Shown: positions 37,899 to 52,093, counted from the first letter of the stretch. The stretch: 64,000 nt of DNA from the human T2T-CHM13v2.0 reference genome, Homo sapiens (GCF_009914755.1 NC_060947.1), one strand, 5' to 3'. Notes: generated by a model from the letters alone, not told the origin. A program made the numbers and translations.

Positions 37899-40668
37899 TA
37901 TTATTATTTCCACAGATTTTTGGGGAACAGGTGGTGTTTGGTTACGTGGACAAGTTTGTTAGTGGTGATTTCTGAGATTTTAGTGCACCCATCACCCAAG
38001 CAGTGTACCCTGTATCCAATGTGCAGTCTTTTATCGCTCATCCCCCTCTCACCCTTTCCCCTGTGTCCCCAAAGTCCATTGTATCATTCTTATGCTTTTG
38101 CTTCCTCATAGTTTAGCTACCACATTTGAATGAGGACATACAATGTTTGGTTTTCCATTTCCGAGTGACTTCACCTAGAATAATGAACTCCAATTCCATC
38201 CAGGTTGCTGCAAATGCCATTATTTTGTTCCTTTTTATGGCTGAGTATGTATATCTTACATTTTCTTTATCCACTCGTTGATTGATGGGCATCTGGATCT
38301 GGGTGGTTCCATATTTTTGTAATTGTGAATGGTGATGCTATAAACGTGTGTGCAAGTATCTTTTTCATAAAATAACTTATTTTCCTCTGGGTAGATACCC
38401 AGGAGTGGGATTGCTGGATCAAACGGTAGATCTAGTTTTAGTTATTTAAGGAATCTCCACACTGTTTTCCATAGTGGTTTTACTAGTTTACATTTCCACC
38501 AACAGTGTAAACGTGTTTCCTTTTCACCACATCCATGCCAACATCTATTTTTTTTTAATTTTTTGATTATGGCCATTATTGCAGAAGTAAGGTGGTATTG
38601 CATTGTGGCTTTAATTTGCAGTTCCCTGATCATTAGTGATGTTGAACATTTTTTTCATGTTTGTAGGTCATTTGTATATCTTCTTTTGAGACTTGTATAT
38701 TCATGTCCTTAGCCCACGTTTTGATGGGATTGTTTGTTTGTTTGTTTTTCTTGCTTATCTATTTGAGTTCCTTGTAGATTCCGGATATTAGTACTTTGTC
38801 AGATATATAGATTGCGAAGATTTTCTCCCACTCTGTGGGTTGTCTGATTACTCTGCTTACTTTTTCTTCTGTGCAGAAGCTTTTTAGTTTAATTAAGTCC
38901 CATCTATTTATATTTGTTTTTCTTGTGTTTGCTTTTGGGTTCCTGGTCATGAAGCCTTGGCCTAAGCCAATGTCTAGAAAGGTTTTTCCAATATTATCTA
39001 CTAAAACTTTTATGGTTTCAGGTCTTAGATTTAAGTCTTTGATCCATCTTGAGTAGATTTTTGTATATGGTGAGAGATGAGGATCCAGATTCATTTGTCT
39101 ACTTGTGGCTTGACAATTATTACAGCATGATTTGTTGAATAGGGTGTCCTTTTCCCACTTTGTGTTTTTGCTTGCTTTGTCGAATATCAGTTGACTGTAA
39201 GTATTTGGCTTTATTTCTGGGATATTAATTCTGTTCCATTAGTCTATACACCTGTTTTTATATCAGTAACATGCTGTTTCAGTGACCATGGTCTTATAGA
39301 ATAGTTTGAAGTCTGTCAACGTAATGCCTCCACATTTGTTCTATTTGCTTAGTTTTGCTTTGGCTCTGTGGGGCACTTTTTTGGTTCTATATGAATATTA
39401 TAATTTTTTTAGTTTCTTGAAAAATGATGGTGGTATCTTGATGGGAATTGCATTGAATTTGTAGATAGCTTTTGGCAGTATAGTCATTTTCACAATATTG
39501 ATTCTACCCATCCATGTGTATGGGATGTGTTTCCATTTGTTTGTGTCATCTATGATTTCTTTCAGCAGTGTTTTGTAGTTTTTCTTGTAGAGGTCAAGTA
39601 TATTCCCAAGTATTTTATTTCTTCACAGCTATTGTAAAAGGGCTTGTGTTTTTTGATTCTCAGCTTGGTTGCTGTTGGTGTATAGCAGGGCTACTGATTT
39701 ATGTACATTAAGTTTGCATCCTGAAAGTTTGCTGAATTCATTTATTAGTTCTAGGAGCTTTTAGGATAATCTTTAGGGCTTTCTAGGTATATGATCATGT
39801 CATCAGCAAAGAGGAACAGTTTGACTTCCTCTTTACCGATTTGGATGCCTTTATATCATTCTCTTGTCTGATTGCTCAGGCTAGGGCTTCCAGTACTATA
39901 TTGAAGAGAAATGGTGAAAATGTGCATTTTTGTCTTCCTCCAGTTCTCAGGGGTAATGCTTTCAACTTTTCCCAGGTCAGTATAATGATGTCTGTGTGTT
40001 TGTCATAGTTGGCTTTTATTACCTTAAGGTATGTCCCTTCTATGCCAATTTTGCTGAGGGTTTTAGTCATAAAGGGATGCTGGATTTTGTCAAATGCTTT
40101 TTCTGAGTCTATTGAGATGATCACGTGATTTTTGTTTTTACTTCTGTTTGTGAGGTGTATCACATTTATTGACTTGCATATGTTAAACCATTCCTGCATT
40201 CCTGGTCTCTAACACACTTGATCATGGCAGATTATCTTTTTGATATGCTATTGGATTCAGTTAGCGAGTAATTTGTTGAGGATTTTTGCATATGTTCATC
40301 AGGAATATTATTCTGTAGTTTTATTTTCTGTTATGTCCTTTCTTGTTTTGGGTATTATGGTGATACTGGATTCATAGAATGACTTACAAAAGATTCCTTC
40401 TTTCTCTATCTTGTGGAATAGTGTCCATAGTACTGGTACCAATTCTTCTTTGAATGCCTGATAAAATTCATCTGTGAATCCATCTGGTAGTGAACATTTT
40501 TTTGTTAGTAATATTTTAATTACCATTTTAATCTTGCTGCTTGTTATTGGTGTGTTCAGAGTTTCTATTTCTTCCTGGTTTAATCTAGAAGTGTTGTATA
40601 TTTACAGAAATGTATCCATCTCCTCCAGGTTTTCTAGATTATACAAGTAAATGTGTTCATAGTAGCCT
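37899..40668 (-). mobile_element. 5'-truncated L1PB1
   Basis: 3' motif ttggggaacaggtggtgtttggttac..agtggtgatttctgagattt; ORF2 fragments. Confidence 0.88.
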
Positions 40669-41995
40669 GGTATTTTTGTATTAATTGCACACATTCTCTT
40701 TTTTATCTTCCCCCTTTTGTGCATTTTCTTGTTTTATTTATACTTTTATATTTTATTTCTCTCCACTTTTGGCATATCAGTTTTATTTATTTTAAATTAT
40801 TTTGGAGATTGTCAAGAGCTCATAAAACACATTTCTCACTAAGCTATGTGCTTTAAACAATTACTATGCCACTTCACAAGTAGTACAACTAACTTTTAAG
40901 AGAATCTCCCTACATTATTTCTCATTTCCTTTATAAAATTATTGTCATTCATTTCACATATTCATATATTAGAATGAATTAATACCTTGTTACTCTTATT
41001 ACTTTGAACATATAGTTATCTATAACATCAATTTAAAAAATGTTTTATATTTCATCTAATTATTCATCAGTTATATTCTTTATATTGATCTGAGTTTTGA
41101 CCTACGTCATTTTCTTGTTATTTGAGAGACTTCCTTTAACATTTCTTGCAGGGCATATTTACTGGTGATACATTACCTTGGTTTTTCTTTTTCTGAGAAA
41201 AGTACTTGTCCTTCACATTTGGAGGAAAATTTCACTGGATAGAGAATTTTATGTGTGTGTTTTATTCTTTCAACGCTGTAAATATTTCACCATACCCTCT
41301 TCATAATTGCATAATTTCTGGTGAAAAATCTGATGTAATTCCTTTATTTGACCTAGAGGTCAACAGCTTTTATTTTTCCTTATTGTATTTTCCAAGATTT
41401 CCCCTGTCTTTAATTTTTATCAATTTTATTATTATATGCTTAGGTACTTATATTTAATGTATTTATCCTGATTGGCATTTTATGACCTTTCTGGATCTGT
41501 AGTTTATTATTTGTCACTAATTTTGGAAAAGTTTCAGCTTTATTAATTCATTTTTATTTTTCTGCTGCTTTATTTTTCTCTTTTTTTCTCTGGTGTTCCC
41601 ATTATATATATTTGACACCTTCTTAAATTGCTTTGCAGTTATTAGTTATTCTTTCTCACTTTAATTTTTCTCTTTGCATTTTAGTTTTTTTAAAATTTCT
41701 ATTGACATGCCTTTAAGCTCCATGATTGTTTTCTTGCCCAACTCCAGTATACTAATATACACACAAAAGACAATCTTCATTTCTGTTACAGTGTTTTTTA
41801 TTTCTAGCATATTTTATTGAACCTTTCTTACAGTTTCTATCTTTCTACTTACATGACTCATATTTTCTGAGTATGTTTTCTACTTTTTTCATTAGGACTC
41901 TAACCAACTGCTTTTCTTTTCTGCAAATTAGCAGAATTTGAAATCCTATTGATGGTACTATAATTCACACTAACTAAAACTATAATTAAAAGTAC

Positions 41996-42065
41996 CTCTA
42001 CTTCTGATATGAATATAGACACCAAAGAGAACACAGAATCAAAGAAAACAGACGAACTTTCACTG
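41996..42065 (-). pseudogene. Candidate exon (70 nt)
   Basis: Acceptor tttgtgttttag|CAG (NAGNAG), donor GAG|gtactt; open frame SESSSVFFDSVFSLVSIFISEVE; in a unique island. Confidence 0.35.
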
Positions 42066-42599
42066 CTAAAACACAAACTCAATCACAGAAGCAAATCCTC
42101 TGGCACAACCATTTCAAAACTCAGTCTCTATGTCTCTTCCACCTTTCTTTATCTTACTCCTCATCCCCAGCCCAGGTGGCAGAATCTCTGAAGATTATGA
42201 CAATATAAAGTTGCTATGTATTTGTTCTTTCTTCTGTCATCTGAAATGTGTAGGCAGAGCTTATATCCATCTCTCATAGATCCCCTTACAAATATAACTT
42301 GACTTTCAGGTAATACTAAGAAAGCATGACATTCTTTTGCATAGATAATAGAAAAATATTAAATATATTATTAAAGTTCAGTTTAAATGAAAAAATGAGG
42401 AGTTATAATTAAAATTAAAATGGTCTATTTATATAATAGATTTGGTATAAGAACTAAAATTAAAATTTGGCACATTTTCTGAAATGAGCACTCAACAATA
42501 TTAAAAAGCATATTGAATCTATACAATCTAAGCAAATAACAAAGAGAGAATAATATAAGTTCAGAAAAGATTGAATGAAGTTTAAAGCACAACTATCAG

Positions 42600-45067
42600 A
42601 AGGAAGTGTCAAGATGGTCAACTAGCTGCAGCCAGTAAGTGCTGCTCCCACAGAGAGAGAACATGTTTTGACTACAAAACCAAATATTTTCAACAGATCT
42701 TTAGAGAGAAAATGCTGTATATGGATGGAAAATAGATGCAGTCACTGGGGCTGAAGGGAGAGGAAGCTGGGAACCCCAAGTGGGGTCCCTGAATGCTATG
42801 GCTGGTTCTGGGCTCCTAATGGCACCCAGCGAAGTGAACACAGCTGCAAAGGTGAAGATACACAAAGGAATCTTGTGGTTGAGTAAAAATCTTTTTAGTG
42901 CCTATTGCTCTCAAGTGTTATCTACTGAATCAGAGCCCAAACTGCAACACCAAAATCACTACTAATAATCTCCCAAGAAAAACCGAGAGCAAGAATTTAA
43001 CAACAAAGACCATACACATAGAAAATCTCCAGAAAGAACCTTTAGCCCTCCAAAATGAGAAAAAGTAAGCACAAGATCTCTGAAAATTCAAAAAGCAAGA
43101 GTGTCCCCTTACCTCTAAATGAGCTTACTAGCTCCCCAGCAATTGTTCTCAACCATTCTGTATTTTCTGAAATGATAGACATGTAATTCAGAATCCAGAT
43201 GAAGGGAGCTCATCAAGATTGAGGAGAAAGTTGAAACTCAATCCAAGGAACCCAGGCAATCCAGTAAAATAATTCAAGAACTGAAAGACAAAAAAAGATC
43301 CAAACTAAACTTCTTGAGCTGAAAAAATTTATGCAATGTTTTTTAATACAATTGAAAATATTAACTGAAGAGTAGATGAAACTGAAGAAATAATCAGAGC
43401 TCCAAGACTGGCTTTTTGAATCAAGCCAGACAGAGGAAACTAAAGAATAATTTTTTAAAATGAACAAAACGTCTTAGAAATATTCTTATAAAAGAGAACA
43501 AGTGTACAACTCATTGGCATTCCTGAGAGGTAAAGAGAGAAAATAAGCAACTTGGAAAATATGTTTGAGAATATAGTCCCCAATTTTTTTCCAAATCTCA
43601 CTAGAGAAATTGACATGCAAATCTAAGAAATACGGAGAACTCCAGCCAGACATTATACAAGATGATCATCCCCAAGGCACATAATCTTTGGATTCACCTA
43701 GGTCAATGCAAAATAAAAAGTCTTAACGGTAGCTAGAGAGAAGAGACAGACAATTAACCAATAAAACAGACTTTATCCCAGCAAAAATTAAGAAGGACAA
43801 TGATGGGCATTACAAAATGATAAAGTGTGCAATCAAAGAAGCAATCCTAACTATTCTAAATATATACACACCCAACATTGAGTGACCTAGATTCTTGAAA
43901 TGGCTTCTTCTTGGCCTCCAAAAAAACACAATAACAGTGGAAGATTTCACCCCACTGACAACATTAGACAGATAATTGAGGCAAATAACTAATAAAGAAA
44001 CTTTGCACTTAAACTTAACACTTGACCAATTTTAACTAATAGGCATCTACAAAACACCACACTCAACAACCACAGAATACATATTCTTCTCATCTGCACA
44101 TGGGACATATTCTAAGATCAACCACATGCTTGGCCACAAAGCAAGGCTCAATAAATTAAAAAATATTGAAATTATACCAAGAAAATTATCAGACCACAGT
44201 GTAATAAATATAGAAATAAATACCAAGAAGATCTATCAAAAATGACAAAAATACATGGAAATTAAACAGCTTATTTGTGAATAACTCCTGGCTGAATATC
44301 AAAATTAGACAGATATTTAAAAATTTGAAATTAATAAACATAAACAGACAATTTACCAAAATGTCTGGGATGTAGCCAAAGCAGTGTTAAGAAGGATGTT
44401 TATAGAGCTAAATGTCTTAATGAAGAAGTTAGAAAGATCTCACATTAACAATTTAAATTTGTGCCTAAAGGAACTAGAAATAAATGGAAAAAAACAGTGA
44501 CAGAGCAAGCAGAAGAAAAATTACTAAAATTAGAGAAAAAGTAATGAAATTGTGTTGCAATAATTTATTTAAAAAACAATGAAATTAAGACTTTGTTCTT
44601 CACAAACATAAATAAAATTGGTAAACCATTAGCTAGGTTAACAAAGAAAAAAATAAGGTGATCCAAATAAGCACAATCAGAAATAACAAAGATTAAATTA
44701 CAACTGATCCCACAGAAATACAAAAGATCCTCATAGAATACTATGAGCAACTCTGTGCACACAAATTAGAAAATATAGAGGAAACAGAAAAATTTGGGGA
44801 TATGTACCATCTCCCAAGATTGAAACAGGAAGAAATGGAAACTCTGAATAGACCAATATCAAGCTCTGAAATTGAACAAGTAGTAAAAATCCTATCACCC
44901 ACAAAAAGCCCTGGTCTAAATGGATTTACAGCTGAATTCTACCAGATGTACAAAGAAGGAACCTACTGAAACTATTTTAAAAAAGGAGGAAGAGGGATTC
45001 CTCCCTACCTCATTCTATGAAGCCAGCATCAGTGAAATACCAAAATCTGGCAGAGACATAATGAAGA
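42600..45067 (+). mobile_element. Old L1P (L1PA15-17/L1PB-age) 5' half with internal deletions
   Basis: caagatgg 5'UTR start, degenerate ORF1, jump into ORF2 at ~43750, ends abruptly mid-ORF2. Confidence 0.75.
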
Positions 45068-45207
45068 GAAGTGTCTGCTCATGTTCTTTGCCCACTTTTT
45101 TAATGGTGTTATTTGTTTTTTTGCTTGACGATTTGTTTTAGTTTCCCATAGATTCTAGATATTAGGCGTTTGTCAGATGCATAGTTCGTGAATATTTTAT
45201 CCCATCA
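45068..45207 (-). mobile_element. Short L1P ORF2 3' fragment in opposite orientation
   Basis: agaagtgtctgctcatgttctttgcccac..gtcagatgcatagtt matches antisense L1P. Confidence 0.7.
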
Positions 45208-48200
45208 ACATTTGTTATTGCCAGTGTTTTGGACATAAGCTATTTTAACCGAGATGAGATGATATCTCATTGTAGTTTCTATTGTTGTTTTGATTTGCAT
45301 TTCTCTCATGATCAGTGATGTTGAGCACCTTTTCATATGCCTTTTTTCCATTGGTATATCTCCTTTGAGAAATGCCTATTCAAATCTTTTACCCATTTTC
45401 TTATCAGATTATTAATTTTTATAAATACTTATAGGGTTGTTTAACCTGCTTATATATTCTGGTGATGAATTCCTTGTCAGATTGGTAGGTTGCAAATATT
45501 TTACCCTATTCTGTGTGTTGTCTCTGCACATTGTTTATCGTATCTTTTGCTGTGCAGGTTTTGAACTTGATGTAATCCCATTTGTTCATGTTTGCATTGG
45601 TTGCCTGTGCATGTGCAATATTTTTCAAGGGATCTTTGTCCAGACCAATGTCCTGGGGGATTTTCCCCAATGTTTTCTTGTTGTAGTTTTATCACTTGAG
45701 GTCATAGATTTAAGTCTTCAATCCGTTTTGATTTGATTTTTGTATATGGCGAGAGATAGGGATCTGGTTTCATTCTTCTGCCTATGGATATCCAGTTTTC
45801 CTAGCACAATTTATGGAAGCCTCTATCCACTCTCCAATGAATGCTCCTGGCAACTTTGTCAAAAATGAGTTCACTGTAAGTATGTGGATTTGTTTCTGGA
45901 TTCTGTTCAATTGGTCTGTGTGTTTATTTTTATGTCAGTACCATGCTGTTTTGGTTACTGTAGCTGTGTAGTATAAGTTGAATTCAGGTAATGTGAGTCC
46001 TCCAGTTTAGTTCTCATTGCTAATGACAGCTTTGGCTATTCTGGGTCTTTTGTGGTTTCATATAAATTTTAAGATTTTTTTCTACTGGTATTTTGATAGA
46101 TATTGTATTGAATCTGTAGATTCTTTTGAGTAGTATGGTCATTTTAACAATATTGACTCTTCCAATCCACGAACATGGATTTCTTTTTATTTTTTGGAAC
46201 CCTCCTCAATTTCTTTTATCAGCGTCTTATATTATAGAGATCTCTCACTTCTTTGGTAAATTCTTAGGTATTCAATTTTAAGTATGCCTATTGTAAACGG
46301 GATTACTTTTATTATTTATTTTTCCTGTTATTCACTGTTGGTATATGGAGATGCTACTGATTTTTGGATGTTGATTTTGCATCCTGGAAATTTACTGAAT
46401 TTGTTGATCAGTTCTAGTAGTTTTCTTGTGAAGTCTTTAGGTTTTTACAAATATAAAATTATATAGTCTGCAAACAAGGATAATTTGACTTCTTCCTTTC
46501 CAATTTTGATGTTCTTTATATCTTTCTATTGTCTGATTGCTCTAACTAGAACTTCCAAGACTATAAAAACCTAGGCAATACCATTCAGGACATAGGCATG
46601 GGCAAAGATTTCTTGTCCAAAACACCAAAAGCAATGGCAACAAAAGCCAAAATTGACAAATGGGATCTAATTAAACTAAAGAGCTTCTGCACAGCAAAAG
46701 AAACTATCATCAGAGTGAACAGGCAACCTACAGAATGGGAGAAAATTTTTGCAATCTATCCATCTAACAAAGGGCTAATACCCAGAATCTACAAGGAATT
46801 AAAACAAATTTACAAGACAAAACAAACAACCCCATCAAAAAGTGGGCAAAGGATATGAACAGACACTTTTCAAAAGAAGGCATTTATGTGGTCAACAAAC
46901 ATATGAAAAAAAGCTCATCATCACTGGTCACTAGAAAAATGCAAATCAAAACCACAATGAGATATTATATCATACCAATTAGAATGACGATCATTAAAAA
47001 GTCAGGAAACAACAGATGCTGGCGAGGATGTGGAGAAACAGGAACACTTTTACACTGTTGGGAGCATAAATTAGTTCAACCACTGTGGAAGACAGTGTGG
47101 CGATTCCTCAAGGATCTAGAGCCAGAAATACCATTTGACCCAGCAATCCCATTACTGGATATATACCCAAAGGATTATAAATCATGCTACTATAAAGACA
47201 CATGCACATGTATGTTTATTGCGGCACTGTTCACAATAGCAAAGACTTGGAACGAACCCAAATGCCCATCAATGACAGACTGAATAAAGAAAATGTGGCA
47301 AATATACACCATGGAATACTATGCAGCCATAAAAAGGATGGTTCACATCCTTTGCAGGGACATGGATTAAGCTAAAAACCATCATTCTCAGCAAATTAAC
47401 ATAGGAAGAGAAAACCAAACACCGCATGTTCTCACTCATAAGTGGGAGTTGAACAATGAGAACAAATGGACACAGGGAGGGGAACATCACACACTGGGGC
47501 CTGTCAAGTGGTGGGGGGCTAGGGGAGGGATAGCATTAGGAGAAATGCCTAATGTAGATGACGGGTCGATGGGTGCAGCAAACCACCATGGCATGTGTAT
47601 ACCTATGTAACAAACCTGCACATTCTACACATGTATCCCAGAACTTAAAGTATAAAAATAAATAAATAACAGTAGTGACAGTGGGCATCTTTGTCATTTT
47701 CCAGATAGAGAAAAGGCTTTCTGTTTTTCCCCATTCAGTATGACACTAGCTATGAGTCTGTCATATATAGCTTTTATTATGTTGAGGTATATTCCTTCTA
47801 AAACCACCAGTTTTTTGAGGGTTTTTTTAAATGAAGCGGTGTTGAATTTTATCAAATATTTTTTCAGCATCAATTGAAATGATCATATGGTTTTGTCTTT
47901 AATTCTGTTGATATGGGGTATCATGTTAATTTATTTGTATATGTTCAACAATCTTTGCATCCCCGGAATAAATCCCTCTTGCTCATGATAAATGATGTTT
48001 CTAATGTATTGTTGAATTAGGTTTTCTAGTATTTTGTTGAGGGTAATTGCACTAATACTGATAAAAGGTATTGACTTGTAGTTTTCTATTTGTGATGTAT
48101 CTTTGTCTGGCTTTGGTATCAAGGCAATACTGGCCTCATACAATTACTTTGGAAATATCCCATCCTTTATTCTTGGAATACTTTCTGTAGAATTATTATT

Positions 48201-48772
48201 AGTTCCTCTTTTAATGTTTGGTAACATTCAGCCATGAAGTTATTAGGGCCCGGGCTTTTCTAGAATGCTTTTTATTATGGCTTACATTTTATTGGTTTGT
48301 TCAAGTTTTGGATTTCTTCCTGGTTCAATCTTGGTAATTTTTATGTATCTAGGAATTTGTCCACTTCTTCTAGATCTTTTAGTTTATTGGTATATAATTC
48401 CTCATAGCCATGAATGACCATTTGAATTTCTGCAGTATCAGTTGTATCTTTTCCTTTTGCATTTCCAATTTTATTGTTTGAATGTTCTCTATTTTTTCTT
48501 AGTCTGGCTAAAGATTTGTCTATTTTGTTTAACTTTTCAAAAAAACAAATTATTATTTGTTGGATGGTGGTGTTGATGATTCAGTACTGTTTCTTCTATC
48601 TCTTCAGTGCCTCTTTCAGTGATATGAAGCTAAAACCAGGTACTGTGAGTGCTCACCTGATTTTGGATCTCATGAAGTTGTCTTTTCGGTGCAGATCATT
48701 TTTAACTTGGTGTTCTTATGGGGGAAGGCAATCCATAGAGCTTTCAATTCCGCCATCTTTCTCTACATCTGC
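45208..48772 (-). mobile_element. L1MA-type element lacking its 3' end, with a large internal deletion joining ORF2 to the first ~210 bp of the 5'UTR
   Basis: ORF2 sequence 45208-46564 and 47665-48560; 5'UTR terminus ttccgccatctt at ~48748-48759. Confidence 0.75.
46565..47664 (+). mobile_element. 5'-truncated L1PA7
   Basis: ORF2 C-terminal peptides (46598-47283), 3'UTR taatgtagatgacgg..catgtatcccagaacttaaag and A-rich tail; no clear TSD. Confidence 0.9.
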
Positions 48773-49024
48773 CCTACAATAATTTCCATATATGTATATT
48801 TTTGTAAAATAAACATGTATCTAAAATGTCTTTTTTTCAAAAAATAAAACATGAAATGGATGCATTGTAGTTGAATAAAAATAAATTACCTAAGTCTAGA
48901 ATTCTAGATTATAGAAATGAACAACTATGCATTGAAAAATTATAAGGACTCATTTTTGACTTTGAAATATAAAATAATAAATATCATCATATTTTTAAAA
49001 TATTAGGTTGTCCATTGGGAGAAT

Positions 49025-49133
49025 AACACACACATGCATACTTACACATACAAATATGTGTGTAAATATATATGTGTGTAAATATATATGTGTGTAAATA
49101 TATATACACACAAATACATATATATATAATATA
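49025..49133. repeat. (CA/TA/TG)n compound microsatellite
   Basis: Directly visible. Confidence 0.85.
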
Positions 49134-49199
49134 TTGTTAGAAGAAAGAAACAAATTTTTATGCTTCATGTCATATAAAATAATTATCATAATAAAAAGA

Positions 49200-49770
49200 T
49201 TTTTAAAGTGGTGTAAAAGCTCAGTGATAACTTTGAATATAAATGGATTAATTTCCTGTATTATTAGACTGGCTTTAACAAGAAAATTCCATCTACATAT
49301 TTTTAACAACAACCACAAAAATTATAATAAAGAAAGGGTTACAATGAATGAATGTTTACAGAGAAATTAGGCAAAGCTGAAGCAACTATGAAAATACCAA
49401 TAGAAGATACAGTAGAAGTCATGAAATAAACTCTAAAATGACTTGAAATCATTATTTATTTATATTGACAGAATATGTAGTTTCTATTCAATGTGAATGT
49501 AAAAATTGATTAATATTAGCATTTGCTATTTATATTTAAAATATTGGAAATGAGGAGAGCAAGATAAAATACATTTTTAATGAGAACACTTTCAGTCTTT
49601 TTATCTTTAACAGATCCAGAAGACAATATATGGATAATATAATCAATACTGTAAACTTGAGTAATGTAGATAAGGTATATTGGTTAAAGTACATGTCATT
49701 ATACTATACAAAACCCCAAAGAACAGTAGCTAAAATAATATATTTTTCATTCCATATAACAACATGAATT
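49200..49770 (+). mobile_element. Highly degenerate L1M ORF2 N-terminal (endonuclease) remnant
   Basis: SVITLNINGL..RLA resembles the ORF2p start SIITLNVNGLN. Confidence 0.4.
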
Positions 49771-51071
49771 TCATAAGCAGTGCAGAGGAGGAACAAAGTC
49801 CTGTTTTGGATAAATATCCAGGTAGTAAACTTTCCTCTTCTAACTTGTTTCTCTGCTTGATTGAAGCTAGCTCATCATGACTACATTTGCACATTTTATT
49901 ACAGAGGAGAGGACGAAGAGAAATTGCAGTAGAAGTAGTTTTCTGTGTAAAATATAAGATCAAGGATTTACACACATCACTTGTCTTCATAGCCTATTTG
50001 CCAGAACTAAGTCGGATGCCCACAACTGTAAGGAATGGTGGAAAAGTCGGAAGCTGTGCAAAGTAGCTAAACTGGGGGGGAGTGGGAGTACAGGTTGCCA
50101 GTAGGTTCAAAGGAAAATAACACTTCAAGAGAATTGGAAGTCTCTACCACTGAGTGCTTCTCATTTATGAAACTGCTTTATGGCATCTGCATAGGAAATT
50201 TTGACAGTTTCTACCAAGTGCCACTAAGACACATAAATATCATAAATATCCAGAAAACATTGAAAAATCACAAACACAGATAACTAACAGTGACATACAA
50301 TCTGGTGCCAAATTTTGAAGTGAAAGTCATTGTTTCCCTAAGTGTACTATAAAACACTCTTCTAACAGATATTAATATGAATTCTGAGAGAAGAATTGTT
50401 CTGTACTCAAGAGTTTGGACAATGTCAGTTTTAATCGATTAAAGAGGTTTATTTACTTTAGAGCTTCTCAGAGTCTTTGGTATACTTACATGTATTATGA
50501 TTCTGCAAGTTGCAGGGAATATCATATACAATAATTTTCAAACATATTTGACTACACAATTATTTCTATGTCACTGCTGTCAACATTTTTCCAAAATAAT
50601 GTATCTTCCAAATTAAAAAAATGCTATAAAGCAAATGGAACTAATAAAAAACAAAACAAAACAAATATTCATCTGGGCTTTAAATGTTTTGGCTGAAAAA
50701 ATGTAGGAAGATGCTTTTTGAAAATTTTATTTTTTCTTACTCAAAGCAATGGGTCTGGACTTCATCAAATGGACAATTCTTTCTGTGTTGCTGAAATATA
50801 GTTTTATTTGTGGTGGCTAGAGTACTATTTTAAAAGCTCATTCTTTGTACAAATCTTTCAGATATAATGACTTTAAAAAGCAGAGAAACCAACACCAGTG
50901 AAGTAAGTATATTAATATTTTAGGTGGGGGTTGAAGATAGGGAATTGGCACAGTGATTGAATTCTGGGAAAGTATATATAAATTTTTTTTTTTACCAATC
51001 AGACTGAATGTTATTGTTTGTAGGAATCACAGGAAGAACAATAAAAGCAGTGCAGAGTATACCACACTTAC

Positions 51072-51100
51072 CTTGTCTTTTTACCACACTGGAACATGAC
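51072..51100 (-). pseudogene. Candidate micro-exon (29 nt)
   Basis: Acceptor ctttgctttatctcacag|G and consensus donor AAG|GTAAGT; open in two frames (SCSSVVKRQ or VMFQCGKKT). Confidence 0.5.
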
Positions 51101-52093
51101 CTGTGAGATAAAGCAAAGACCTTTGTAGTGTTCCCCTTGATCCTAAGATCTCTTTGCTTCCTAATGCTCTTCTTCTTGACTAGTAATGTAAACATACCTA
51201 GTTTCATGGGTAGAGAAATTTGACTCTGGTTAATAACCTAGAGCATAGAATTGACATGTTTGGTGACTTTTTTCTGCCTGTCATTTCTTTACTGAGGCAG
51301 TAGAGGCAGAATACCTAACTGTACCAAACTCTAAAAATATTACAGACTTCAGATCTGAAAAAGAGAATCCTCCACCTCCAATACCTATATGGGCCTCTTC
51401 TGTAAGTCTATCTCTGTTTTGCTAGCATGTGCAACAATAGGACTGAGGAGTGGCCAAGGAGAAGCATTAGTTGGGGTGATAAATGGAGCTAGGATATGAG
51501 TGTTTAGGTGTAGCTTCATGAAGCCTTTTGCAATGTGTAATAGAGCTAGGGGTGGGAAAAGAAGGAAGACCTGCCAAATATGGAAAAACAGAGGACAGAG
51601 GCTAGCTCTCCCAGCAGTGGAACCTCAAGGCATGCTCTAAAGACAATTATAAACTCTAACCTGACTCTTCAATTCAATATAGAAGTGTATTCTTCCAGTT
51701 ATGATAAGATACCATAATTTAAAAGTTTTTAGGGTTTATTTGTAAGTTTTAGATATTTATACATATAGATTGCCAGCTTTCATTTGAACCCTTGCCTGAG
51801 ACACTGCCAATGTTAAAGGAAGGTCTCAGGAGAAGAATAGAAATCATATAAAATTCCTTTGAGCAAATGCATTTCTTAAAATATTAATATGTTATCTCAC
51901 TATAATTGCTATTAAAATCAACAAAATCTGGCATACAGAAATAACAGTGTGGGAGGATTTTACTTTGGATAGGATGCTCATATATTCTAAATAGATTACA
52001 AGATAGCTAAAACCTTAAGGATGAGAAGATACTATTTATAGTTACAGAATGAAAAAAACATTCTAGACAAAAGACATAAGTTTTACAAAAGTC

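Larger units (their letters stand above)
23715..41920 (-). mobile_element. Old L1MC/L1MD-type host element fragmented by five younger L1 insertions and an inverted duplication
   Basis: Collinear pieces at ~23715-23895, 25660-27310, 27690-27835, 28208-28420, 35886-36770, 37300-37898, 40669-41920 run from 3'UTR to ORF1 region. Confidence 0.7.

Noticed and set aside
42600-45207. Twin-primed L1
   Set aside because: Pieces are tail-to-tail with no poly-A end, the opposite of twin-priming geometry
48540-48772. Spliced L1 retrocopy joining 5'UTR to ORF2
   Set aside because: The related 5'UTR near 20960-20990 shows no GT donor at the junction; ordinary deletion is more likely. The ~60067 junction likewise shows no evidence of splicing
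49900-50600. Possible old MLT1/LTR33-like and hAT-Charlie fragments
   Set aside because: Only faint motif resemblance; boundaries and family cannot be supported by eye
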